Shown here: positions 11,345 to 23,322 of the stretch, in pieces
How the letters are laid out: each line of letters begins with the position of its first letter
How positions within the stretch are numbered: position 1 is the first letter of the stretch
Source: Tricharina praecox
Taxonomy: Eukaryota
DNA: 52,487 bases
Assembly: GCF_024521635.1 (NCBI RefSeq)
Contig: NW_026250462.1
Location: 1-52,487 of the forward strand
Direction: 5' to 3'
The notes under the pieces: model-generated
What the model saw: the letters and a program-made list of their open reading frames with translations, nothing else
Databases searched by the model: none
What the model was told of the DNA's origin: nothing
Program-made: the position numbers and the translations under genes

Positions 11345-12960
11345 TAATCGGGATGCGAGACGGAAACGCGGCCAGAGTTGGTGGGAACACGGCCTCGAGT
11401 AGGTGCCACCGGCGGGAGTTCAACGACAGCGACGTTTATCGACGAGGACGATCCGGGAATCGAGAAGCTGAGATACCGCATTTGTGCGGATGTATTCCGA
11501 CGTTACGAAGCGCGATGAAGATTAATCACGATCACAGGTGGGATGGTTTCATCGATTGCTGCTGCAACCTGTGGGAGGCTGCATATGTTGCGATCACACG
11601 AGCAGACAGCTGCAATTTCTCATTCGACTCGGCGGAGACCCATCTACCGAGATGGAATAAGACGGCAGATGTTCCTCCAAGTATCCGAGGAGTCTGCCTT
11701 GCAGTAAGTATTGGAAGGACGGTTACGGGGTAGGCTTGGTTACGACTCTGTGATTCTGGCGGAACATGAGACGCATGTGGCAAGTGGAAGGCGCTTCCGA
11801 GTCAAGGGTTCCAAGGTGTTATTCATTACATCTTGGAGGCGTACTCGGTTGCCTGTGTGCGTCCATGGGTTTCCGACGGGGTTTTACATGATTACGGGGT
11901 TTTTCGTGAGGCACTGGCGGGGGTGTTGGTTTTCGTTTATTATTTGCCGCTATGTAATGGCTAGTTTGCTTCATCCTCTGATTTTGTGCATGTTTCGTCA
12001 TAGGTTAGCTGTCGAAGTTGGAGTTTGGGAAGTAATGGGTAGACACAGTCTGTAGCAGCTGAGAATAGCCATATCAGATGGCACTCCAAAGTTGAATAGA
12101 ACATGAACTTCTCCATCATTCTTATTTTCGCCGTTGCCTTTGCCGGGCTACGTCACTGGGACTCGAGGCAGCAGTACGCAAGATGCCTTCCCGTAGAGAG
12201 ATGGAAATTTTGGCTTCTCCGTACTGGAGCCCATGGACATGATGAATCCAAGCCGCCGTCACTACCAGCTGCTACATGGTTGTCGTGCAGCGCCTCACAC
12301 GGCGTCACTCGACTGCGAGTGACATCTCATGCGTTGACGGTAGCAACCAGCGTCAATAACGACTCTCAACGGCGATGCAGTTCCAAGCACCGAGTGCGTT
12401 TTCTCCACTCCTCTTTATCTCTCTCTGTCTCTCTCTCAATTGTTTCTCCCACACCATCAATGGGGCGAAAACCCCCCACCGCTCAACAAAGCCGCGACTG
12501 AAAACAGGCGAACCTACCACGACAAATCACAACGGAAACTATGGCTGCCACCACTAGCGCCCCCTCGGCGAAAGACCCTCGAGTCCGTTACTGATTATCT
12601 CGACGCCTTGGCCTTCCTGGCCGAACCCCTGCCGGTGATAGAATCTCCAAGTGTCCCGAATGCCAAGCGCGGAGTGATAGATAACGACATGAATGACGAA
12701 TGTGTTGCCTTCGGGTGAGATAGAATGAAGCCAGACATACGATGAAATTGTATGCTTCTGTCCTCAATTGCCCGTCTTTTCTGTATCCAAGTATCAAGTC
12801 TCTCTTTACACGCTGAATTGACTGTATCCGTCCGCTTATCTTTTGGCTGGGACAAAAGAACTTGACACACGACCACGAAGGGCTCGGCACGATCCTTAGA
12901 ATGCGTCCATAGTCCCCGACGAGTCGGCGCTCACGTCTCAAACACCGAAGGACCTCTGTA

Positions 12961-14801
12961 TCTCCTATATATGTAAGAGTATTGTGTCTTGAATTGGACG
13001 AGGGTGTACACACTAGGGGGGTTTCGCGGTCCCAGAGGGATCTCTGTGAGGCTGGTTGTTAGCGCGCCGAGCCCTCAGATGAAAAAAAGGAGGACCTTTC
13101 GCAACTCCAGGGTGCGGGCTGATCGAAACGGGACTACGCTAGGAATTAGCGGCTTAACTAGTGAAAACTCAGTAAAATTTCTCCGGGAGAACGGTTTGAT
13201 TCTACACATACATACGACAACTATGAGCGACAAGATTCTCCAGCAAACGGCAGCGGGCGCAGCGGGCGCGTCGGGCACAGCGCCTCCATGCGAGGTGGTG
13301 GTGGTGGAGAGGAGGGTTCCGGGCGCGGCGTATGGCGGCGGCGCCGAGAGGAGAGCGGAGTATGGCAGCGGTGCCGAGAGGATAGCCGAGCACAGCGGCG
13401 TGAGGAGAGCGGAGTTTGGCAGTATGGACAGGACTACACCAGCTGTCGGCCTTCCCTACCAGCCTTACCCACATCACCGCGCTGTCGATAGGAACTTCAA
13501 CAGATTTTCCAGGTCGGCTTTTCATTCTGCTCGCGACGGCATTCGCCAACATACTGATTGGTGTCAATCCAGCGTCAGCCACTCGTCACCCGGTTCAAGT
13601 ACATCATTGCCAGTGATGATCCCGTCCAGCCCGCCTATTACTCCCGGTCCGGAACTGCAAATCATCATAGAGAACACACCGAATCACGCAGCGAAAAGAA
13701 AAGTTCAGCTGAACGACGAGTTACGGCTGTCACTGGTTAAGTTGTGCCTTGCAAATCAGTCCGAGCATGTCTATGGCGGCAAGACGAATTTTTGGAAACG
13801 GATGTCGCATCTGCTAGAGCAAAAGACCGGTGTTAACCTCCGCGATCCCCGGAGTACTGTACACGATCTCGTTGCAGTGCGTAGGAGAGACATGGCAAGA
13901 GGCGGCAAGGAGTCGGAAACGGTCCAAGGGCTGAGCCAGGCGGTGGATCAATGGATGAAACATATCGATATCGAACAGCGGAAAATTGAGGATACGCAAA
14001 AGAGACTTAGGCAGTTGGCGCAGGAGAAAAAGGCTTCTGATATCAGGAGACGGAATCTGGTTTCAACGTTGTCCATGAAGCGAAGAGCGAGACCGGACGA
14101 TGGGGAATCAGAGGTGGAGATCATGAATGGTGATGAGTTTTCAGCGGGGATGAGGGCACAAAGGCTAAAGAGACGGAAGCAGTGTACAGCGGCTGCACCG
14201 GGTGCTAGCAGTACTGGGCTTGATCCCAATGTGCAGGCAATTCTGGGAGGTATGGCAGCGCTGGGTGACAAGATGATTCAGGCAATCGGTATCACTCAGC
14301 AGATTCAGCAGCGAGATTCGCAGATTGAGCAATTGCGGGCTGGACAAGCTGAGATGATGACAATGCTACGGGAGTTGAGGAATGAAAGGAATGAAAGGAA
14401 TGAAGGGAATTTGTAACTGGGCAAGCTGAGATCAAGGCAATGGGACGGGAGTTGAGAAATGGAATTATGGAAGGAATGAAAGGAATTTGTAATATAGGTA
14501 ATACATGGTGGAAACTGGGGGGTGAACGGGGTGATATTGCCATGATCTAGCTAGGTCGCATGCAATCAATGATTAGACAAAAAAAAAGGTACACCGACCA
14601 GATTTCGACACGCAGGAATGCGAAACTATAAGCAAGGTTTGTACTTACTCGGTATGACTGGGTGCTAAAAAACGATATGATATGGACAGCTATATAATAA
14701 CAGGGTGGGATAGACGAAATGTACTCAGAATAAGCTTAATAAACCCTTGCTCTGGTGCTGAGATCCCCGCCGCACCCAGCCGCGCGGGTGCACCACAACT
14801 A
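12961..14801 (+). mobile_element. Non-autonomous Helitron-like element
   Basis: 5' A|TCTCCTATATATGTAAGAG; 3' hairpin GCACCC-N8-GGGTGC (14772-14791) followed by CTA|T (imperfect CTRR); no TSD; no Rep/helicase ORF. Confidence 0.6.
13223..14416 (+). CDS. Intronless 397-aa protein with Myb/SANT(trihelix)-like domain and coiled coils
   Basis: ATG 13223 (MSDKILQQ); LNDELRLSLVKLC...FWKRMSHLL...VHDLV helical pattern; basic NLS-like stretches; C-terminal heptads. Confidence 0.7.
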   Translation: MSDKILQQTAAGAAGASGTAPPCEVVVVERRVPGAAYGGGAERRAEYGSGAERIAEHSGVRRAEFGSMDRTTPAVGLPYQPYPHHRAVDRNFNRFSRSAFHSARDGIRQHTDWCQSSVSHSSPGSSTSLPVMIPSSPPITPGPELQIIIENTPNHAAKRKVQLNDELRLSLVKLCLANQSEHVYGGKTNFWKRMSHLLEQKTGVNLRDPRSTVHDLVAVRRRDMARGGKESETVQGLSQAVDQWMKHIDIEQRKIEDTQKRLRQLAQEKKASDIRRRNLVSTLSMKRRARPDDGESEVEIMNGDEFSAGMRAQRLKRRKQCTAAAPGASSTGLDPNVQAILGGMAALGDKMIQAIGITQQIQQRDSQIEQLRAGQAEMMTMLRELRNERNERNEGNL

Positions 14802-15120
14802 TGCGATGCCTCAACTTTAATTGTTAATAGTAAATATTGCCTAGAGAAACTCTCCAGAGGACGATGGCTCAAGATCTGATTTGGCCACGTGGCATGTGAT
14901 ATCTTTGAAAAGGTTCTACTATTGGAGGAAACGAGGGTGATGACTAGCCACACTTTGATGATCATTGATGATTGCTGAGACCTACACGAGTCTCCCGAAG
15001 TCCTTCGAAAATTATCACAACAGTCGCCAGTCCCGAGAAAAATTACCAACAGCCGAAATCACAATACCAGACCATTATTTCCGCCCCTCAAACTATATCA
15101 TGACTCTGACATTCAACCTC

Positions 15121-17552
15121 TTATCCAGCAGCCGTCAACAACCTCGCCTGCTCCTACGTTCCCACGGGTTAGAGTAACGTCCCCCACCACCGTCATGCAC
15201 GGGCCAGTGTACTCACCTCAACAGCGTCTCGGTACTTCGCCATGATTCTCTCGCGATCAAGGGTCCCGTCCGAGCGCCTCAACGCCTTCCCCCACGTGCC
15301 AAACTCGATCACCACACCCCCGACAAGCTCGAATCCAACAAGACCCAGCAAGGATGCCTGTTTGCGGAGATCTTTGACGACCTCCAACTTGAGCTCCTGA
15401 AACTGTTCAAGTTCTTCTGTAATCATCGTGGTCATGGCTAGGGAGAGGGTGGGGATGTTCATCGCTAACCCTCGGAGGGTGAGTTCATCAACCACTGCGA
15501 TCACGTTAGAAACGTCCCAGCCAGTGGAGGGTAACTTACGAAGTATCGCGATGGGTTTGACGCATCTCCAGGAGTGGTGAAAAACGCACTCCGTTACGTA
15601 AACGACCTCCTTGTAGGTAGCCTCCAGTCGCTCAACGGGAATGTAATCGGCCAGGTATCGAGAAGTAAGGCTAGCAATCAAGTGGCCTACAACTCGAAAA
15701 GATTGCTTGTTCGAATTCCACTCGCCGAACCTCCCCGTTTCGATCCAGTCGTCTTCGGAAGATGATTGTGCAGCCAACGTGAGGTTGTAATTTACTCCCG
15801 ATCTGCGCTGTGGAGTCTTTGCTCTCGCTATGGACGGGCCGCGGATCATGATGAGGCCGCGGTAGATATGTCGGCTCGTTTGAGCGCCTTCGTCTTCCGA
15901 GATGGCAACCAGCTTTACCTCGACGCTCGGTAGTGGGCGCCCGATTCCTATCCTCGTGTGGTGCTGCGGCGGCATGAAGCATATATCGCTTGCTATCATT
16001 TAACCCTCCATCATGGAAGGAATGCGGCTGGGACACTCACGAGTTCATATGCGGAAGTCCCCAGCCCTCGACCATGATCCCCCTTGTACCACCAAACACC
16101 AATCCGAGGAGTTCCCTTTTTTCGACCGGCATCATCGAACATATGCTTCCGATCCATCTGATCCTGTTGCCGAAGAACGATTCTCTAATCTCGGCGATGT
16201 GTCCCCACTTCTCAAAAACGTGCACCATGGGCGCGTACCGGCCTCCAATGACATCACGCTTCTTCTCCAGCCATTTCCAGAACTCGTGCTGCTCCGCAAT
16301 TGGACGCAACGCCAGCGCCTTCAGCAACTTTTCGTGTATCCCCTCCCAGAATACCCTTGTTCCGAAGAATATCGATGGATTGAGCGATTGCACGTCCCCG
16401 TAACTCGCCGGACAGCACCTGGGATTGTGGGGTGCCGATAGAAGGAAAGTCTCCACCTGCGTCCCGAAGCCGATGGTGACCCCCAATAGGAAAAGCGCAT
16501 TGACGAAGTTGTATTCGCAACGGAAGTAGAGTGGGAGGTACGAGAGGTATATATCGTCTGTTGAAATCCCGTCCTGGAGTGCGTAGTGCATTCCGGCAAC
16601 TGAACGCGGTCAGCCATTAATTACTCCCACTAAGTTAGGACAGTTAGGACAGTTAGGACAGTTAGGACAGCACTCCCGCGCATTACCTCCCGCTGCAACT
16701 TGCCCGTTTGTCAGAGCATCCGGGAATGGCAGCTCGTACTCATTCAGAGTCCTCGCATAGATGTGGCCCCATGTTCCGCCAGCGTCTTTTGGTTTATCGA
16801 GCGTACAGTTTTCCATGACCTCCAGTCCGGTTCTACACAGCTCGTCAACACTGATGATTCTGATCCTTCCTTCGAGCCCGTGTTTCAAAGTCATAACATC
16901 CCGGTTTATCGCCTCGAGGTCGGTATCGACCTCTGATGCCGTCTCGTAAATGATGAGTCTGATGTGGGGACATTCGACGAGGGGAGTGAGTAGCCTCGAG
17001 AGGTAACTACCCTCCACGAACACCGCCGTAGCGGGAACATGCGTGAGGGTATGCGTCAGCTCCCGCTGGCCGAGTAGGTTGTTGAGGCAGATGAGCTCGA
17101 TCGACACCATCTCTGCTGCATGGGAGAGCATGAACCAATTCGCACTGTTCTTCGTCAGCACACATACACACTCACCATACGCACTCACTCCCAGTCACCG
17201 CCGTCCCCAGAGACCTATTTGAAGCAGTCATATGCAGCCTTTGAATCTTCCTCCCATTGAGCAACTTCTTCAATCCCGCGCCCATCTCTCGAATCCGCTG
17301 CCCAACCTCGGCGTACGTGAAGTACTGCCAGTCCCCGAGTAATCTCGTCTCCATGACGTGCGCGATGATCTTCCGCTGGGCGAGGCACCGCTTGTCGCCA
17401 TGCGTTTCAATGGCCCAAGTGAGGAGTGCGGCCGGGGTTTCGAGCCCGTGGAATTGGGATATCGGGGCGGCGAGGTCGTGCGAGAAGCGGATGATGGGAC
17501 TTTCACGGTCGGAGGGGGATGTGCGGTTGAACGATCTGAGGAAGTCCGCCAT
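15121..17552 (-). CDS. Long-chain fatty acyl-CoA synthetase-like (ANL superfamily) protein, divergent, multi-exon
   Basis: RCLAQRK, YFTYAEV, DDIYLSYLPL, IMIRGPSI, YIPVERLEATY match Faa1/Lcf1-type layout; GT-AG introns; stop 15121-15123. Confidence 0.85.
16634..16669. repeat. (GTTAGGACA)x4 intronic minisatellite
   Basis: Four exact 9-bp units. Confidence 0.95.
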
Positions 17553-17815
17553 CGAATGAGGGGGGAGGGTGAGTTGTAGTTGTTTGAGGAATGGTAATGG
17601 ATCACCGCTGAGTGTACGAGTGCTGTGGGTATGCAACACACCCGAATTAGACGGGGCAGGGTGGTTCTCACCCGTTTAGTTACACGTGCATTGGTTTGGA
17701 GTAAATGAAGATCCTGTCTTTCTCAATTGACAGAGCGTTCAGAGAAAAGTACATATGGGAGCGCGTGAATCGAATATCAATAAGAGCAATTGTAGTGACA
17801 TAACCTTCCGTCACC

Positions 17816-18357
17816 CTACAACAGCTCGAGCAGCTCTTGCCCCTCGCCCAGCAGCCCACTTTCCGTCAGGGCCCCCGGCAACACATACAAGAAACCACCC
17901 TCACTGCCCTTGGCCGGTTTCTTTCCATTCACGCCCTTATACTGACTTTCATCAAGCATGTAAGCCACGATGACTTTACATCTACCACACCTCCAGATAG
18001 CGCGCTTCTCGAACCCATCTTCGCGCGTCACCACCTTCGGCGCACGATCGCGCCGCAGCAGCGCCAGGAGGAGCGTGTAGCCTGCGGCTTCGGCGGCTGC
18101 ATCGTCGTCTTCATCGCCGGAATCTTCGGCTGATGCTGGCTTGGGTGTTTTCGGTGGTGGAGGCATCGGGACGATGGTGGCGGAATCGAGGCCTGGCCCG
18201 CGACGGGTGGGAAGCGTCTTGAAGTTGTGCGTGGAGGCGAGGAGGAGGTGCGAACATGCTGTGCAGTGGTAGGTGTGGACTCTGTGAGAGGGATTAGCAG
18301 CTATTGTGCAGACGAATGCGATGGTAGATGGGCGGGGTGGTACCGTGGGGTTGTCAT
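17816..18357 (-). CDS. STEEP1/CXorf56 (UPF0428)-like zinc-binding protein
   Basis: VHTYHCTAC...LPTRR..LD...EDGFEKR..WRCGRC...FLYVLPGAL; ATG 18357 with short intron ~18342-18283. Confidence 0.8.
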
Positions 18358-18631
18358 TGCGGTGGTGGAAGGTAAATTCGTTGCTGTACGCTTGGGGTGA
18401 CGTGGGGAGAACGTGAAGAACCTCACGACTTACGCGAAGGCGAAACGCGAGGACAGGGATCAACCGACTAGCGAGAGCCGATGGATTAGATACAGGTAAC
18501 CGGACACACTGAGTGATGTCTCGTGAACATCGTCATTTAACGGTCATAGGAACCACGATTCGCCATCAACTTCGCAGCAGAACACCAGACTACATCCTTC
18601 AAATCTCACCGCCACCGAGAAGCAAAACAAA

Positions 18632-19343
18632 ATGACCCCTACCGTCCTAGATGACAGAGAGGGTCTCGAGAAGGACCACCGCCTCTTCCCTCACGAAACC
18701 TTCACCGAAAAGGTATCCCTCGGGCAGTGAGTACACCCTGCCCGATTTCCGCATTCATCCTACCAGCTAACCATCCAGCACCGCCGACACGACGACTACC
18801 AACCTCCGCTACGCCGCATATACGCGCAGCCTCCGCACGCTCCTGCTGACTACCTACCGCCACGTCGCCCCCACCACCCCCATGGGCGCCTCCTTCCATC
18901 CCGCCACGCACCCCTCACTGATCTGCAACGCCTACGGCATTTCGTGGGCGTACCTCCTCATGGACGTCATGAACGAGGGCTGGCGCGCGTACAAGCGCGA
19001 GCACCCCACGCACCCGTACCTGGACGGAAAGACCGTGGGCTACCATCCCGTCTCGCCACTCGAGGACTACCGCACCGTCGTTGCGGAGCGTGCGCTGTTC
19101 CACGCTGTTGCGTCGGTGGCCCTGCCTGCTGTTACGGTCCATGGTGTCGTCAAGTACTCAGGACGTGCGCTGAGAGATGTCGCGAACGTTGCGGTGCGCA
19201 AGTGGGCACCCGTCTGGCTCGGACTGTCGGTGGTGCCGTTCCTGCCACGGATGTTGGATCGGCCCGTGGGGCAGGCGGTGGAGCGGCTGTTCGAGTGGGT
19301 ATTTGATCGGAGCGGCGCCGGCACAGATGGGAAGAAACTTTAG
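18632..19343 (+). CDS. Mitochondrial 18 kDa protein (MTP18/MTFP1)-like, divergent
   Basis: LRYAAY...AYGISWAYLLMDV...ERALFHAVASVALPAVTVHGVV...WAPVWLGLSVVPFLPRMLDRPV; one intron ~18728-18779. Confidence 0.85.
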
Positions 19344-20242
19344 TCTATCGAGGCACTACCACCGTACATACTTTGCTACTTGAAACTTTTGCAACTTTGT
19401 GCAGTGATTTGCACCAGTGAGGACAGCTGAAGACATCGAAACACCAATACTCATGCATTGCGGTAGCTAAACGGCACGGCCACTGTGCCACCGCATTCGA
19501 GCCATCGCTAGGGAGCATAAGGAGACCAATAACTCTTCTCGTCGAGTATTAACGTCCTCCGTATATCATACATTCCGGAGTCCTTAGTTCCGAATTCCGA
19601 GTACTTACTTCCACACGTGGCGTCCGCGTGGCAAGCCCGCTGGTAAACGCTATTTATACTCATATTCTATATCCTGAGTAAGTGCTGTATCCCGCGTGTT
19701 CAGGGCAGTTCCGTGCGAGCCTACGCACGTTCTTCAGGGATTTCGAAGAGAACCCTGAGGGAGATTCACGCCGAGTAACGTGACCTTACAATCTCCTGGC
19801 CGTGTGAGAGAGAGACTGTGGGACGGCAGGTACTCTAGAGAAGATGTACGCTACTATTTCAGGACAGAAGGCTTCAAGTTTTAACAGTGCGGACATTCTA
19901 CGTGACGAGCCAGTCGAGTGATATATTCCAACGCTAAATGAACATCTTGACGCCTGTTCACAGTTCAGCACACTAAGCATAGTTGGGAACTTGGAATAGG
20001 TGCCGCACACTGTAGTAGGCCAAGCCTTGGAAGTTGGCTCTGACGAAGCCTAGAAATTTCAAAACAAGGCTTTGTGTATATATGTGCTCTAGGTATACTC
20101 ATTGACATGAATACGTGAGAGTGAATGGGACATTGCAGACAATTGGTGAGTGAAAGTTAGACTGAATGGAACTTTGCAGACACTCGTGCTGGGTGAGTGA
20201 ACATGAGAGTGAATAGGACGTTGCAGACACCATCGTCACGAC

Positions 20243-20244
<2 letters not shown>

Positions 20245-20274
<30 letters not shown>
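20245..20274. repeat. Poly-C tract (30 bp)
   Basis: Direct reading. Confidence 0.95.
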
Positions 20275-21331
20275 TGAGTACACGTCCACGCCGACCGGAC
20301 CGACCGGACGACGCGTCTCAAGACTGCGCGGCGCAGCACCGCAGACGGAATTCATCAAGACTCACGAGCTCGGCAAGCGCATCCTTCTTCCCATAACTAT
20401 CGGACCGATCCGTTCCGTTCCGTTTGCGAGTTGCAACGACAACTACAATCTCGGAATCTCGGAATCCATGTGATTCGTGCTGTACCTAGTCTACCAACAT
20501 TTCCTACCGGTATCCGGTATAGTTATGGGTACCTATGCGAGGTATCCGCGCCGACCGAGGACCTTCCTTCCCACACCGCCGCACCGCCGCATTGCCGCAC
20601 CAACGTACTGCCGACCTTCCTGCACCAGTGCGCAGCGTGGGGTGAGGGGGTGATTACTCACCCCTCCTGCTCCAGCTCCTGCTCTGACACGAGGTGCAAA
20701 CATCAGGGCCGCACCCTCCTCCCGGATACAGCCCACCCCGGTCCCCCCGGTCCCAGCAAGAGCAAAATCAAAATCCTTCCAGAAGAAAAAGGAACCCAAA
20801 ACCCGAAACGTGAAACGTGAAGCGTGAAACCTGTGCAAACCTGGGTTAGCGGTACTATAACTGTGCTCCGCCTCCTTCGCCTCCCGCTTCCGAGCGTCGT
20901 ATCCCTACCTATACCGTAATACCACGGACGGCACGGACACCGGGGTACACGGCTGGGGTCTCGGCTGGGGTACGCGGCTGGGGTCTCGGCTGGGGTACGC
21001 AGCTGGGGTCCTCGGCTGGGATAGGGAGATGATATGTGGGGGCTGTTGCAACTTGCAACTTGCTGTTGCGGGATGAACTTTGAAGGGGTGATCAGTTGGG
21101 AGGTGTAAGCAAGTCAGGAAGTGGGTACTTAATCCCCCCTCGTTCTGCCGTTCACGGAGGCCACACACCCCGTCACCTGGTCGGCCTGCCGCCTACACAC
21201 TCCTTTGTCCTTTGTCCGCTCACACGCACGCTCACTCCTCACTCCCTCGAAAACCCACACTCGTTTCACACACGCACGCTCACTCGAAACGCACACTCCT
21301 TCGCCATACCTTCCCACTTCCCAGCGCCGCA

Positions 21332-21856
21332 ATGATCAGCACCTACCCCACCACGCCGACCCCCGCGGCGCTACCGTCAATCCTAATGCGCTCCTCCGTC
21401 ACCTCAAAGCCCGCGCGGCAATCCCGGCAATCCCGGCTATTTCTCTCTCAGCCTCCCGTAGCGAGCGACTTCCACCTTCTCGCGACACTACAACTAGCAC
21501 TGCACACTTTATCCTCGACGGAGCTGGCGGGGGGCCGTAACACATCGCGGCTGCGCGCGCAGGGGAAGCTGTGCATTACCTTTGCGCTGCGGGAGCATAC
21601 GGGTACGGATGTGGAGAAGCTAAGGGTTGCTGGGGAGTTGGAGGCGTGCGTTGATCGGGTGTTTTTTGGTGGGGAGTATAGGCGGCGGGTTTATGAGTTG
21701 GGGGGAATACTGGCGGCGGATGGGAGGTTGCTACGGAGGATGGTGGATGGAGGGGTGGGGGTCGAGGGGGTCGCCCTGGGGACGGGGACTGGGGCGGGGA
21801 CTGGGACGGGGACGCGGTTGCACGGGGTCACGGGAGAGTGGGTGAGTGAGAAATAA
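21332..21856 (+). CDS. Hypothetical protein (174 aa)
   Basis: Open ORF from MISTYP, coding-like composition, convergent with methyltransferase; no recognised domain. Confidence 0.55.
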   Translation: MISTYPTTPTPAALPSILMRSSVTSKPARQSRQSRLFLSQPPVASDFHLLATLQLALHTLSSTELAGGRNTSRLRAQGKLCITFALREHTGTDVEKLRVAGELEACVDRVFFGGEYRRRVYELGGILAADGRLLRRMVDGGVGVEGVALGTGTGAGTGTGTRLHGVTGEWVSEK

Positions 21857-21900
21857 AGTGCTTTCGTTCGTTCGTTATGTACACATTTTCTTCTCGTTTG

Positions 21901-23322
21901 TTACTCGGTTGGCTTCCGGGCCACGATGAACCACCTGTGAAATGTGTCAGCGCTGGGACGCGAGAGATGCGGAGGCGGGGAAATTGCATCTTGTTGTACA
22001 CGTGTGTCTTGGTGCTGCTGGCGTCGTCCCTGGCGTCATTGCACAGCTTCGTAGCCTCCTCGGTGGTGAACCCGCAGACGCGGGTGAAGAGCGCCATGCC
22101 GTAGGCGTGGTAGCCAGTTTGTACGTTCAGCAGATTGTACCTGCCCATCTCCTTGAGTGTTTTATCCTTGGGCCACGGCGAGAGGATCTGTTTCCTGTGG
22201 TAGACCTTGACGTCGACGAAGCCGGCGTCCTTCAGGAACTGTGCGTAGTCGGCGTCGGTGGGCTGCTTGAAGTTGAGCGACTTCTCCATCGCCGGGATCC
22301 AGTGCTTGTAGTAAGTGCGCAGTCCGCCGTTGGGCTTCAGCGTGCCGTCGTCGCAGAAGTTGTCGCCGAATAGCTCGACGATCTCGACGTACCCGCCTGG
22401 CGCCGTGTGCTTGTACATCTGCCGCACGTAGTTGGGCCAGTCGCGGATGCTCTGCGCCATCGTGCGCGAGTGGATGAAGTCGAAGTGGTTGTTGGGGAAG
22501 GTCCAGGTGAGTTCGGCGTCGTCCTGTGGGTGTTAGCAGTCAGGCTTCTTCCGAGAGGCGTCGGAGATAACCACAATTTCGAATCGGCAGTTGGAAAATG
22601 TCCAGCTGGGCTGGATAGGACTGAGATCGGTCCCAATGACTTCCGCTGACGGCCACGTTCTGAACAAACAGCATCAGCTCCCGTCGCGCCATACAGGCAT
22701 GTAGGTAGAACCTACTCGGCAGCGTCGAGTGCCCAGATACCAGTGCCGGTACCCACGTCCAAGATACGGTGGGGGTCCTTGATCGGCGCAAAGGTCAAGT
22801 TTCCGTCTGCGGCGAGCAGCCAGACGTGGTGGTGGAGATCGAGCCTAGAAGGTGAGCGTGCTGTTCTCGTTGAGTGTACGAGGATAGCAGGTCCTACCGA
22901 TCTTGTTCATTCTATGCGGTGTTAGTACTTGGGAGTGGGGAATCCGTGACGGAGACGTACCTCGTCGTTTGGCAGGACGTATTTGCCCTCCTGATATCTG
23001 TGATATCTCCGGCCTTGTCCATGTCAGCCTCCTGGGTCCTCCTTCTTTATTCGATGGCGGGCTTACCGTTCTCGAATATGTAGTCCCGCATCGTCGATTT
23101 CAAGCTGGTGGTGTCGCTCTCCCTGTTGGATGTTGTCAGCGCGGATCGGAGGCGGTTGGTGAGGGGCTAAAGGTATCGTACAAGCTGGAGGCGTAGCCGT
23201 CATCCTGACACGGTCAGTTTCACAGTCCACCGAGGTGAAGGAGGTCTCATTCAACTTACATCGGAGGGGTTGGGGTCAGCCTCGAGCGGACCGACTTCGA
23301 AAGGTTTCTCTGCGGCGGACAT
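21901..23322 (-). CDS. SAM-dependent methyltransferase (LaeA-like family), multi-exon
   Basis: DYIFENG, ILDVGTGTGIWA, VIGTDLSPIQ, FDFIHSR, PWPKD; ATG 23322, stop 21901-21903. Confidence 0.92.

Noticed and set aside
12989..13222. N-terminal extension of the 475-aa ORF
   Set aside because: Begins at TTG inside the element head; first ATG is 13223
16634..16669. Interstitial telomeric repeat
   Set aside because: Unit is GTTAGGACA, not TTAGGG; only four copies in an intron
20106..20229. CRISPR-like repeat/spacer array
   Set aside because: Eukaryotic context, degenerate repeats, tiny unequal spacers, no cas genes
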